A DNA stretch of 64,000 bases from Picochlorum sp. SENEW3 (Eukaryota): assembly GCA_034226945.1 (NCBI GenBank), contig CP120458.1:1054001-1118000 (forward strand). The letters are read 5' to 3'. Below, piece after piece: positions 44,801-55,299 of this stretch. Both the position numbers and the translations under genes were made by a program. Below the pieces are notes generated by a model that did not search any database, was not told where the DNA came from, and was given only the letters and a program-made list of their open reading frames with translations. The stretch's first letter is position 1; every line of letters begins with the position of its first letter.

Positions 44801-45842
44801 ATGAAATTTATCAAAGACTTTCGCAGGATCCAGCTCTGTCGCACCCTTTTCTTGCTGCATTTCACTCCTTTCGAGATCCTCGTCGCCAGGTCCACTTTGA
44901 ACTGCTCCGGCACCTTTTCAGACCGTGCTTTCCATACGTCGCTAAACTCCAGTGTGGCATGCTCTCCACACTCCTCGCACAATGCCATGCGACATGCACC
45001 CGAACATCCCGCAGATCGATATATCGCAATAACACATGGACAAAGACGCGCAAGAATATCGATATGGCTCGAAACTAATGCCCTTTCCTCGTCATCTCTC
45101 AGCATGCCCTTGACAGTTTTCCACTGACACCTGATTTTCCTTGCCATTAAAAACTCTATAATGCCCCAGACCACGTCAAACACCCTTTCTAATTCTTCAA
45201 ATACTTTTGGAATATGTAAAACTGCCAATGCATCATTGCCAACGGTGCATCGTGGGTGATTGCCATCATTCAGTGCTGTGCCCTCGTCATCTTGGCATGG
45301 GCCTGTCACCATGTGGCGCCTCCTTTTCGAATCCTTCACGGGCGAAGGATTCGGGCGCAATCTGTACCCAGGTAGCATTGTATCCATTTCCTGAGATTCC
45401 CTGATCGGCAAGGGGGGCTCCACATGTTCTGCCACCTCCTCTGGCAGCACCTTATCCTTGGCCTTTGTCCTTTTCCTCAAACAGGCCACCTGCGCAACAT
45501 AACAGTAGCATGCTACCTTTTTCTTGTGTGCTTCATGCAAATGATGATATGTTCGTACCAAAAAACAACCCTCAGCTAAACCCAATTCGCAAAGCTCCCT
45601 ATCGTTCTTCAAAACCTCTCCCTGCACCACAGTGGAAATAGTATCCCAGGCGGGTTACAATAAAAAGGCACCACGAGACTCGATCGTACATTGTACATAA
45701 TTTTACACCCCTGAAATCTAGCATCGATATCTCGCAATTTCCTCCTCACATCCCGAACAGTTGATAGTGGGTACCCACCGCCCTGACTGAGTTCAAACCG
45801 TTGCCCTCCACACAGGGTCTTGACTTCAACAAACTCCACCAT
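41857..45842 (-). CDS. HRQ1: HRQ1/RecQ4-family DEAH helicase (N-terminal ubiquitin-like domain, C-terminal DUF1998/RHCD); introns 45622-45689, 45490-45558 and 43086-43148
   Basis: Motifs LYSHQ, TSTASGKS, PTKALAQDQ, TNPDMLH, DEAHSY, ATNALELGIDIG, QQAGRAGR and the C-terminal CSC...GCPGC cluster. Confidence 0.93.
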
Positions 45843-46095
45843 TGTACCCAATGGTCTGTACCAGCATGAAAACTCACATGATTCTTTATTTTGCTGGTCG
45901 ATGCCTGATGCCGTCAGACCTCTGCCCGTCGGACCCACACCAGAGCTGTAACCAGATGCTCTCTTCATTCGGAGGGAGAATCCAATCCGAACAAAAACTC
46001 TGTCACGTGCATGCATGCATGCAGATCATCGAAATCGGGCGACCAGAACACGCTCTCGCTGCATTTTATTTAATCAATAATCCAATATATGTGAT

Positions 46096-48136
46096 ATGAT
46101 GATGACGATGAGACACACGCGTGCCGACTGCAGGCTGACAGCAACTGTCCACCGGGCGGCCTATGCTCGAACTGCGTCCAGAGCGATGATCGTGCCTTCT
46201 TCCTTACATGGACCTTCCATTACCAAGGTGCGTGATTTGATACACACGGTTGAACGGCATTTAGGGTGTCTTGCAGCAGTGGCCATGCATCATTGAATCG
46301 GTTTAAACGTAGACGTTGTACCTTGATATGCAGCCGTTTCCGGGGAAATCGACCATTTCGAAGACTTTTGTAGCCAGAACAACATCTCATATCTGTACGT
46401 TGTTCGATATAAGGCGTCTGTGCTCCGGACTATTTTTTTCTTCTGCGTGTGTCTCCTGACCACCACCGTCCATGACTGCAGGCGCGGCAGCGGATGCCGA
46501 CAGTACTCCCCCAACGATCCTTGTTGCAGAGAAGCTTGGTCAGGGGGGTGTTGATATGTTGAAGACTGCTGGTGAGGTTGACTGTAGTTACGATCTCTCA
46601 CGGGATGAGCTCCTGGAGAAGATCAAAAGTGTGGATGCCATTGTCATTCGCTCGGGAACAAAAGTTGATCGCGAGGTATTTGAAGCGTCGGGAGGGAGGC
46701 TCAAGGTGGTTGGCAGGGCCGGGGTTGGTATTGATAATGTAGATCTGGCTGCGGCCAGCGAGACTGGATGCCTTGTGGTAAATGCTCCTACTGCAAACAC
46801 CGTGGCCGCTGCTGAGCACGGAATTGCTCTTCTCTGCGCCCTTGCTAGGAATGTGGCACAGGCAGACGTGTCCATGAAGGCTGGAAGATGGGATCGGTCC
46901 AAATATGTCGGTGTCTCCATGGTTGGCAAGACGTTGGCCATTATGGGATTCGGAAAAGTTGGCGGAGAGGTTGCCAGAAGAGCCAAGGGATTGGGAATGA
47001 ACGTGATTGCTCATGATCCATATGCTTCCGAAGAGCGAGCCATGGCTATCGGTGTGAAGCTTGTGTCCTTTGACGAGGCACTGTCAGCAGGAGATTTCTT
47101 CTCCTTGCACATGCCACTCACCCCCGACACCAAGGGATTGTTCGGGGACGATGCCTTTGCCAAGATCAAGAAAGGTGCTCGTATCATTAATGTGGCACGT
47201 GGAGGAGTGATCGATGACGATGCCCTGGCAAGGGCTCTGGATGCTGGTATAGTTGCTGGTGCTGCTCTGGACGTTTTTGAGCAAGAGCCACCCCCAGCTG
47301 ACCATCCATTGGTAGGTCGCCCTGATGTGATTTGCACCCCACATTTGGGAGCTTCTACAAGAGAAGCGCAGGAAGAAGTCGCGTATGAGATTGCCGAGGC
47401 AGTGATGGGGGCATTGAAGGGTGAACTCACCAGCAGTGTAGTCAATGCCCCAATGGTGGCCCCTGAGGTTCTCAAGGAGCTCCAACCATTCGTTGCCCTA
47501 TCCACAGGTCTTGGAAGAGCAGCTGTTCAGCTTGTATCAGACCATGGGTTCTCAGAAATTGAGATCACATATCACTCCAGCAGGGGAGGTGATCTGGACA
47601 CGAGACTGCTGAGGGCCATGGTCGTGAAGGGCATCCTGGAGCAAATCACGGAGTCGCAGGTCAATATTGTAAATGCGGATCTTTTGGCCAAGAAGAGAGG
47701 TCTCAAGATTGTAGAAAAAGTTGTGCCTTCCGAATCTGGTGCAATCATCACAGAAATGGAGGTTGCCGTCTCGAGCAAGGACTCAAAGTTCTCCTCTGCA
47801 GTGGACCCAAATACGAATAAAATCACGGTGGGCGGAGAAGTGAAGCAGAATGGTATTCCTTTCCTCACCAAGATTGGCGCTTTTGACGTGGATGTCGCAA
47901 TGCTCGGGGATGTTGCTTTGGTAAGGCAGACCGATCAGCCAGGAATCATTGCCGGCGTCTCCACCAAGTTGGCAGAGTACCAGTTGAATGTGAACTACAT
48001 GACTGTCTCTGTGGCAAGCAAGGGCCAGGAAGCCATCATGGCAATCGGGTTGGATGCCAAACCAGGAAGTGATGTTTTGGATGCCATCTCCAAAGTTGAG
48101 GGAGTCAAGGAAGTCACATCCTTCAGCGAACAATGA
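46096..48136 (+). CDS. PGDH: Plastid D-3-phosphoglycerate dehydrogenase; introns 46228-46333 and 46395-46481
   Basis: GRAGVGIDNVD, NTVAAAEH, GFGKVG, NVARGG, TPHLGAST, C-terminal ASB and ACT domains; two upstream exons encode a transit peptide in frame. Confidence 0.95.
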
Positions 48137-48195
48137 TCGACCCTTTTGCATGGAAAATAACGTCTTATTTTTCTATGGTGTTATGTAATGTATAA

Positions 48196-49965
48196 ATGAT
48201 CACACTTGGGTCGGCAAGCAAGCCAGACAGCGCTGCTCGAGTGCTACGGCAGCGTGTGCTCAACCCACACGCTGCGAGGCGCATTCTTCACGAAAAATCT
48301 CCACTATATAGATATTTTCAGGGTTTTAGACATCATTCGAGGTTTTTGAAAAGCACAGAGAGGGCTGTCGCTGATGGAAATGACGAATCTTGCGAGGACT
48401 TTAAGTTTCGGAGGAATTTCGACTGGACCAGGTGTCTCAGCCTTGCTGGATGCTCTTTCGAGGCTTATAATGATTTGGATCAAGATTCGGAGCACCTGTC
48501 CCGGTTGACGACGAATGGAACCGAAATCTCGTACTTGAGTCTGGACTTTTTGAAGAGCCAGTACAAGGGACTTTTGATGGTGCGCATCCATGATGCTAGA
48601 GATCTCAAGGCCATGAACTGGATGCCCTGGACCAAAAGTGATCCTTACATTGTTATATCTTGCGATGGAAGCGTGTACAAAACCTCGACCGTGTGGGGAA
48701 ATTTGAACCCTTCATGGAACGAGACTGCCTACTTTTACGTACATGATCTAGAGAGCACAAGGCTTCGATGCCGTGTTATTGATGATAATATAGTGACCGG
48801 GGACAATCTGATGGGTTCCGCATTCGTACCTGTGAATGATCTGAGGGACAACGAAGAGCACGAGGTCACACTTCCTCTGGTGGGCACATCAGGAGAAGTT
48901 CGTTTGAGCTTGAAGTATTCTTCATTTAAGGAGGGTGACTCGTTGGATCCCGGCATTCTGGCGGAGATTGGGAAATCAACGTTGGTTGGGAATATTCCGA
49001 GAAACGTCACAGAGTCTGCATGGAGGAAGATGATGACCACAATCATATTGGCCGAGGAGCTGGCTGACATTGAGTTTGACCCTGTGAGCTTCATTGAGAA
49101 TAGAGACACTGATACTCAAGCCTGGATATTTTGGAATGCGACGAACAAACGCATTGTGGTTGCCTTTCGTGGGACTGAACAGACAGAATTTAAAGATCTG
49201 CTCACCGATGCCTCGTTGATCCCATCTAGAATTGCCGCTGAGGATGGAACATTGGCACCAAGCAATCAGTCGATGGATGAGCAGAGCGACCCATGGGTTC
49301 ATTCCGGGTTTTTACGAGGCTATTTATCCGTTGCATCCGAAGTGAAGGAAATTGTGCAGCAGATTGTTGGTCAGGAACGCAACCGCTGGGAAATACTCTT
49401 CACTGGCCACAGCCTTGGTGGTGCCCTGACCACTCTATGCGCGTATGACATTGCGAAAATGGAAGAGAGCAAAGAAGATAAACTGTTCTCATCCATTGAT
49501 GTTTACAATTATGGTTCGCCCATGGTAGGGGGAGAAGCTTTCACATCAGAGTTCAATGCACTGTTGCCAAATTGCTGGAGAATTGTCAACGAAAATGATG
49601 CCGTTTGCAGGCTGCCCCGATTTTTAGGATATGGCCATGTGGGGGGCAAAGTGACTCTGCATCGCGATGGCTCGGCTATCTTTATGGATTCGAACGAGAA
49701 AGAGGTGTCAGAGGATATCTCGGTAACCACCTTCATCAAGAAACTTGGTTACCAGTCCCTTTCTTCCTTTGCATCTCAGGGCAAGTACGTCGAGATACTA
49801 CGGAACACCCTCGCGTCAGATATTAGCAGGGACTTTGACGTGGATCAATGTATTCAGGAAGAGATCCAAAGCCTCGAGGCATTATTGGAAGGAAGCGCCA
49901 TGGATGAGCACATGGAAGATGAGTACTTTGCGGCATTAGAGAAAGCCATCCAAAGCAACCTATGA
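48196..49965 (+). CDS. C2-domain + Lipase_3 protein, probably plastid (HIL1/At4g13550-like)
   Basis: LAGCSFEAY, C2 domain (SDPYI...LNPSWNE), VVAFRGTEQ, VHSGF, TGHSLGGAL, NENDAV and HMEDEY. Confidence 0.85.
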   Translation: MITLGSASKPDSAARVLRQRVLNPHAARRILHEKSPLYRYFQGFRHHSRFLKSTERAVADGNDESCEDFKFRRNFDWTRCLSLAGCSFEAYNDLDQDSEHLSRLTTNGTEISYLSLDFLKSQYKGLLMVRIHDARDLKAMNWMPWTKSDPYIVISCDGSVYKTSTVWGNLNPSWNETAYFYVHDLESTRLRCRVIDDNIVTGDNLMGSAFVPVNDLRDNEEHEVTLPLVGTSGEVRLSLKYSSFKEGDSLDPGILAEIGKSTLVGNIPRNVTESAWRKMMTTIILAEELADIEFDPVSFIENRDTDTQAWIFWNATNKRIVVAFRGTEQTEFKDLLTDASLIPSRIAAEDGTLAPSNQSMDEQSDPWVHSGFLRGYLSVASEVKEIVQQIVGQERNRWEILFTGHSLGGALTTLCAYDIAKMEESKEDKLFSSIDVYNYGSPMVGGEAFTSEFNALLPNCWRIVNENDAVCRLPRFLGYGHVGGKVTLHRDGSAIFMDSNEKEVSEDISVTTFIKKLGYQSLSSFASQGKYVEILRNTLASDISRDFDVDQCIQEEIQSLEALLEGSAMDEHMEDEYFAALEKAIQSNL

Positions 49966-50049
49966 AGAGCACATGTAAATTGATATTTCATTCTCTGGTA
50001 CATATATTGACGTCTGTCTGGTCGACGAGATTCTTCCTTTTCCAAATTG

Positions 50050-50328
50050 ATGGTCCAAGAGAAGGTCGACGAGACAACCACAAAACCGGCAACAAGAACA
50101 GGCTATTGCCTTGAGGAGGCCAACAGACTGTTAAATTGCGTCATATCAAAGAAATCTATTAGTGAATGCGAGGATTTATGCGACAAACTGCGGAAGTGCA
50201 CCAAGAAACAGGCACGTTCTCGAATTCGTCTTTGCTTTCCATCACGATCCTGATCCAATCTCCATTCATGCATGCAGAATATTGTTAAATTTCTCTTGGA
50301 AGAATCTGCCGAGGAGGAAAACCCCTAA
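50050..50328 (+). CDS. Small twin-CX9C (CHCH-like) protein; GC-AG intron 50212-50277
   Basis: CLEEANRLLNC and CEDLCDKLRKC; CAG|GCACGT donor and ATGCAG acceptor give ...KKQ|NIVKFLLEESAEEENP*. Confidence 0.6.
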
Positions 50329-50383
50329 ACAACGCTTCGCACCACCAATTTTAAAATAAACGGAAAAGGTATGTCAGGGTTGT

Positions 50384-50596
50384 ATGCCAGGACATGCAGA
50401 AGGGAATGCTGTGTATGATCTCAACGATGGGAATGGACCACGGAGGTTCAAGTTAGGGTCCTGGAGTCGTAGTGAGATTAAAGCATACAAGAATGGAAAA
50501 AGAACAAAGGAGCAGATGGAGGAACTCATGGCTGACATGAGTTTGAGTGAGGAAGGCAGAACAGAATTCAAGAGGCGATGTGGTTGGACTGAATGA
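50384..50596 (+). other. 70-aa ORF resembling a helicase-associated (HA) domain
   Basis: GH...FKLGSWSRSEIKAYKNGKRTKEQMEEL resembles the HA consensus (LGxWvxxQRxxYkxGkLsxer). Confidence 0.35.
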
Positions 50597-50616
50597 GATC
50601 TCTCCTTCTCTTTCCA

Positions 50617-50986
50617 CTTGCAACTCTTCATCATCATCTTCTGTATACCCCCATAAAAGCTTGTTTCCCCATGCCCCTGCACATGATGTAAGATTGATTG
50701 ATATTCTGTGCATGGATATGACCAACATACATGTACTGTGTCACATACAAGTACCAAACCCCATGGGTGATGACATGAATGGACCCATGGGGACCATCTC
50801 CCTCTTTGGAAATGCAGTCTTCTCCCGTATCCCTGTCATGCCAAATAGCCCAGCATGCGTCTCGACCGTCCTCGCTGTTCTGGTGCGTCTACCATGGAGC
50901 AGAAGAGACCGTGGCCTAGGCAGGAGCAGAGGTGAGGTGGTGTTCCCTCCCGTGCGCATCCCAAGACCCATCCCTTTTGACGCCAT
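50617..50986 (-). pseudogene. 5' fragment of a plastid pyridoxal reductase (PLR1-like aldo-keto reductase), truncated; intron 50677-50748
   Basis: Spliced product ...MGPFMSSPMGFGT|WAWGNKLLWGYTEDDDEELQ matches the PLR1 N-terminus. Homology stops there, no FDTAD motif follows, and the frame ends at 50453. Confidence 0.7.
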
Positions 50987-51182
50987 GATGTTCAGAATGG
51001 TATAGAAGGTTTTAATTCTATAGCATAGGATATCTTCTGATGAGGAAAACAGGCTCCATGAGATTCGTCTACTCTTAATTTGATACAAATAAACAGACTC
51101 GCCATTGTATTTGATCTCGTGCTATTCTTAAAAAATTCTCACTCCATATATAGGATTACTATTATTGTAGTCTTTAGAAAGC

Positions 51183-51557
51183 ATGGATAGGAAGGTAAGC
51201 AAGACATGGAGGTTCATTGTCCATGCTACCCAGCAGAGCCCATTATACATGGGAGCATTTGCAGCAGTCGCCATAGGAGTGCCATATTTTATCGGTGAAA
51301 CGGTGATGAACACGACAAACAGCCCACGAGCTGATTCTTCTTTGGAAGAAGACTTGAGAAAAAAGACAACTTTGGAATCTCAAATGTTGGCAAAGGCACA
51401 GAAGGAACGATTGCAAGTGCTTTTTGACGAAATAAAAGACGGAAAGGGTGCAGAGAGATATCAGGCAGCATTGGATGGTCAGAGCTTGGGATGCCATTCG
51501 TCAGGAACAACAATTGGGGCCAGAGCCATCACAACAGCAGCGGACAAACGGGATTGA
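51183..51557 (+). CDS. Small conserved single-TM protein of unknown function
   Basis: 124-aa ORF; hydrophobic segment FAAVAIGVPYFIG followed by ERLQVLFDEI...RYQAALDG. Confidence 0.7.
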   Translation: MDRKVSKTWRFIVHATQQSPLYMGAFAAVAIGVPYFIGETVMNTTNSPRADSSLEEDLRKKTTLESQMLAKAQKERLQVLFDEIKDGKGAERYQAALDGQSLGCHSSGTTIGARAITTAADKRD

Positions 51558-51619
51558 TCCGTGGACTATTATGTCATCAACACAAGCAAAATCATCATTT
51601 AATATCGTATAGAATGGAT

Positions 51620-52356
51620 TCAATCCTCTTGGAGTGCAGAAACCACAAAACCAGCAGCCACAAAACCCTGCACAACACACAAACCACATGACAGGCAAAT
51701 CCATCAATGCTGTCGGATTTTGGATACGTACCGTAGCCACACCGCCAAATATCAGGGCAAGTCCATAGCTGAGCGTGGTCTCCAGTCCGTTATCGTGGGG
51801 AATCAGCGAAGCAGACAAGACTGCCAACACAATGAATGGCAGAGAGTTGGATGCGAGCGTAGCAGGGTTACTCGTGAGAACGTCTTCTGCCACTGCAAGT
51901 AATCCAAGTCTTTCTGCGGTGCTTAGCAAACCCGCCGACTCGATTTTGGAGAGAGTCAAACCTGACTTTTCCAGCTTGCTCAAGATGCCAGCCTTTTCAA
52001 CAGAAGAGAGCAGTTTCTTCTCCTCAATTCGCTTGAACGCGGACTTTCCGCTTTCCTCGCGATCCTCCAGGAAGAGTCCCGTTCCAAAGAATCCTTTCTC
52101 CCACTCTTCGTCGTATGAGTTGACCTACACGAGAACAAGTACCCGGGCTAAATCCGTGTTCCTCTCTCGCAGCACCAGCAGAGCCAACCAAATCAACGCA
52201 ATGACACATCTACTGCTCTAAATTAAAATGAAAAGTCAAATGTACCTTTTTGGTCCCAGCCATGGCAACAGTAAGGGGAGATTTCCTTCCACTGCGACGC
52301 AGGGACACCCCGCGAGGGGCCGAAGCGGAAAGTGATACAATGGATGAAGCCTGCAT
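51620..52356 (-). CDS. DUF1118-like thylakoid membrane protein; introns 52125-52245 and 51668-51731
   Basis: Transit peptide exon; IEEKKLLSSVEKAGILSKLEKSGLTLSKIESAGLLSTAERLGLL repeats; two TM helices; ends ALQED*. Confidence 0.82.
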
Positions 52357-52533
52357 GTCTTTACTTCTATGTTTAAGATGGATGTTTTTTTTTTTTCAAT
52401 TTTGCTCAAATTATATTTTTGGGAGGCTTGACGACGTCGGGCCGTGCCCTATGAACGACCCTGTCATCCAGATAAGATTTCTTTTTACCAAAAAAAACAA
52501 TTGTATTCATCATCATGGACGTTCGTCAGGCAC

Positions 52534-55066
52534 TCATGCAGCTGGCGCTTTGCTAGCAATAATCTCTGCTTGGATATGGGATGGAACCACCTCGTACTTC
52601 TCGAGCTTCATGGAATACTGGGCTCTGCCCTTGGTCATACCACGGAGGTTAGACACGTAGTTGAACATCTCAGAGAGTGGGACCTCGGCCTTGACCAACT
52701 TCATACCTCCTGGCTTATCGATGAATTCCTGGACCATTCCTCTCCTGGAGTTGAGGTCTCCGATAACATCACCCATGTGCTCTTCTGGCGTTGTCACCTC
52801 GACAGACATGATTGGTTCCAACAGCGTGGCTCCAGCCTTCTTCATTCCGTCCCTGAAGCACTGGCGGGCGGCGATTTGGAAAGCAAGAACAGATGAATCT
52901 ACATCGTGATAAGATCCGTCATATAATGTGCATTTCACGTCCACCACTGGGAAACCTGCCAAACTTCCGTTTGCCATCATATCCTCGAGTCCCTTGACAA
53001 CACCAGGGATGTACTCCTTTGGAACTACACCACCCTTGATCTCAGAAACGAACTCAAATCCACTGCCAGGCTCTCCTGGCTCGAATTTGACCGCGACGTC
53101 GGCGAATTGGCCGGATCCTCCACTCTGCTTTTTGTGCACATATCTAACATCGGAAGGCTTTGAGATTCCTTCCCTATAGTTCACCTGAGGAGCTCCCACA
53201 TCGCATTCGACCTTGAACTCTCTCTTGAGACGGTCGACAATAATTTCGAGATGAAGCTCTCCCATGCCTTCAATCACAGTCTGGTTTGTCTCCTCGTCAC
53301 GTGAGAAGTGGAAAGATGGATCCTCCTGTGCAAGCTTGATAAGCCCTCCAGTCATCTTGTCCAAATCTCCCTTGGACTTTGGCTCGATTGCAACCTTAAT
53401 CACAGGGTCTGGGAACTCCATGCGCTCCAAGAGCACGGGTTCCTTCTCGTCACAGAGCGTGTCTCCAGTGACAACATCTTTCAGTCCCCCGACAGCTACA
53501 ATGTCTCCGGCACGAGCCATCTTAATGTCTTCCCTACTGTTCGCGTGCATTTCCACGAGGCGTCCGATGCGCTCTTTCTTTCCTTTAGCGGCATTCAGGG
53601 CATAGGACCCAGCTTCCAAAGTTCCAGAGTAAACGCGAATGAAGGTCAATGATCCCACAAATGGATCAGTCATGACCTTGAATGCAAGAGCTGAGAAGGG
53701 CTCGTCATCGGAAGACTTTCTTCTCATTTCCACCTCAGCATCGTCCACTTGGGATCCTTTCACATCTTCGACGTCAGTTGGTGCTGGAAGGTACTCGACC
53801 ACAGCATCCAAGAGGGGCTGCACACCCTTGTTCTTGAAGGCAGTTCCGCAGCACATTGGGACAAAGTTTCCTCCGAGGGTTCCCTTTCTGATCAACTTTT
53901 TCAACTCGTCTTCACTTGGTACTTCTCCTTCGAGATACATCATCATGGCATCATCATCCATTTCCACCGCGGCTTCGATCAGCTTTTCACGCCACTCCTC
54001 AGCACTGGCCTTCAGATCCTCTGGGATCTCTACCTCATCAAAGGAGGCACCCAAATCTTCTCCATTCCATACAATGGCCTTCATCTTGATGAGATCAATC
54101 ACCCCTCCAAAGTCTTCCTCTGCTCCAATAGGGATCTGGATAACCAAGGGATTGGCTCCCAAGTTCTCCACGATCATATCTCTTGTGCGGAAGAAGTTAG
54201 CTCCCATCCTGTCCATCTTGTTGACGAAGCAAATTCGAGGAACTCCATACTTGTCTGCCTGACGCCAGACGGTTTCTGACTGGGGCTCTACCCCTGCAAC
54301 AGAGTCGAAGACGGCAACTGCTCCATCCAAAACACGGAGGGCACGCTCCACTTCCAGGGTAAAGTCAACGTGTCCTGGGGTGTCGATAATGTTAATGCGA
54401 TGGCCCTTCCATGCACATGTGGTGGCAGCAGATGTGATGGTGATTCCACGCTCCTGCTCCTGCTCCATCCAATCCATGGTAGCACCTCCATCATGGACTT
54501 CCCCAATCTTGTAACTCTTTCCGGTATAGAAAAGGATGCGCTCGGTGGTCGTGGTTTTACCGGCGTCGATGTGTGCCATGATTCCAATATTACGGTATTT
54601 GTCAAGAGGGACCTCGCGCTTCTCTCCGTTTGCCTGGACAACGAGGGCCTCAGACCTCCTCTGTGAACCAGAGGTTGTCACCCGAACTTTCTGCCCCTAC
54701 ACACAATCAATACCAATGAGGCCAGAAATATACACGGTACATAACAATAAGATATAATTGCAGTGCAGCGACTGTGTCTCGTGGGCACATGTCCAGACCA
54801 GGTCTCGCGACACGAACGAGAGGTGGGAGAGTTTTGGTGCCGCCTTCGCTCTTGGGACCCCATTGAGCGCGCATGATCACAATGTACTATCGCATTCCAT
54901 TATATATCCAAAAACGTACAGCAAATGATGAATTTGTGAGGTCGGTTGAGAAACCAGTCGAGGCTGAGCGCTGGTTCAAGCGTGCTCGTGCAGCAACTCC
55001 GCGAGCAAACGCTCGTGGGGCTGCAGGCACGGCAGATTTTCCATTCACAGCTGTTTTCTGGTACAT
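52534..55066 (-). CDS. fusA: Plastid elongation factor G; intron 54697-54919
   Basis: [36 protein letters not shown] and [10 protein letters not shown]; transit-peptide exon MYQKTAVNG...SSFA joins GQKVRVTT in frame. Confidence 0.96.
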
Positions 55067-55299
55067 TGTGACACACAAATCCAATTAAAAAACTGAATCG
55101 ATAGAAATAGGAATGGTGGACAATGTGGGTGTCCCAAGGCCTTCCTCTCGATCGTGAGGCTCTCGGGCCATACATACAGTGCACTGGGATTCCTCTTGTG
55201 GCCCAGGTGGCGTATTGAGATCGACATGCCGACAGCGCCTCACAAGTTCATTCCTTACACATTCAAATACATCAGACAGCGAAAAAAAATGACTGACAA

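Noticed and set aside
11813..46268. TTTAGGG telomere-like heptamers (near 11814, 24179 and 46260)
   Set aside because: Isolated single copies expected by chance; no tandem array.
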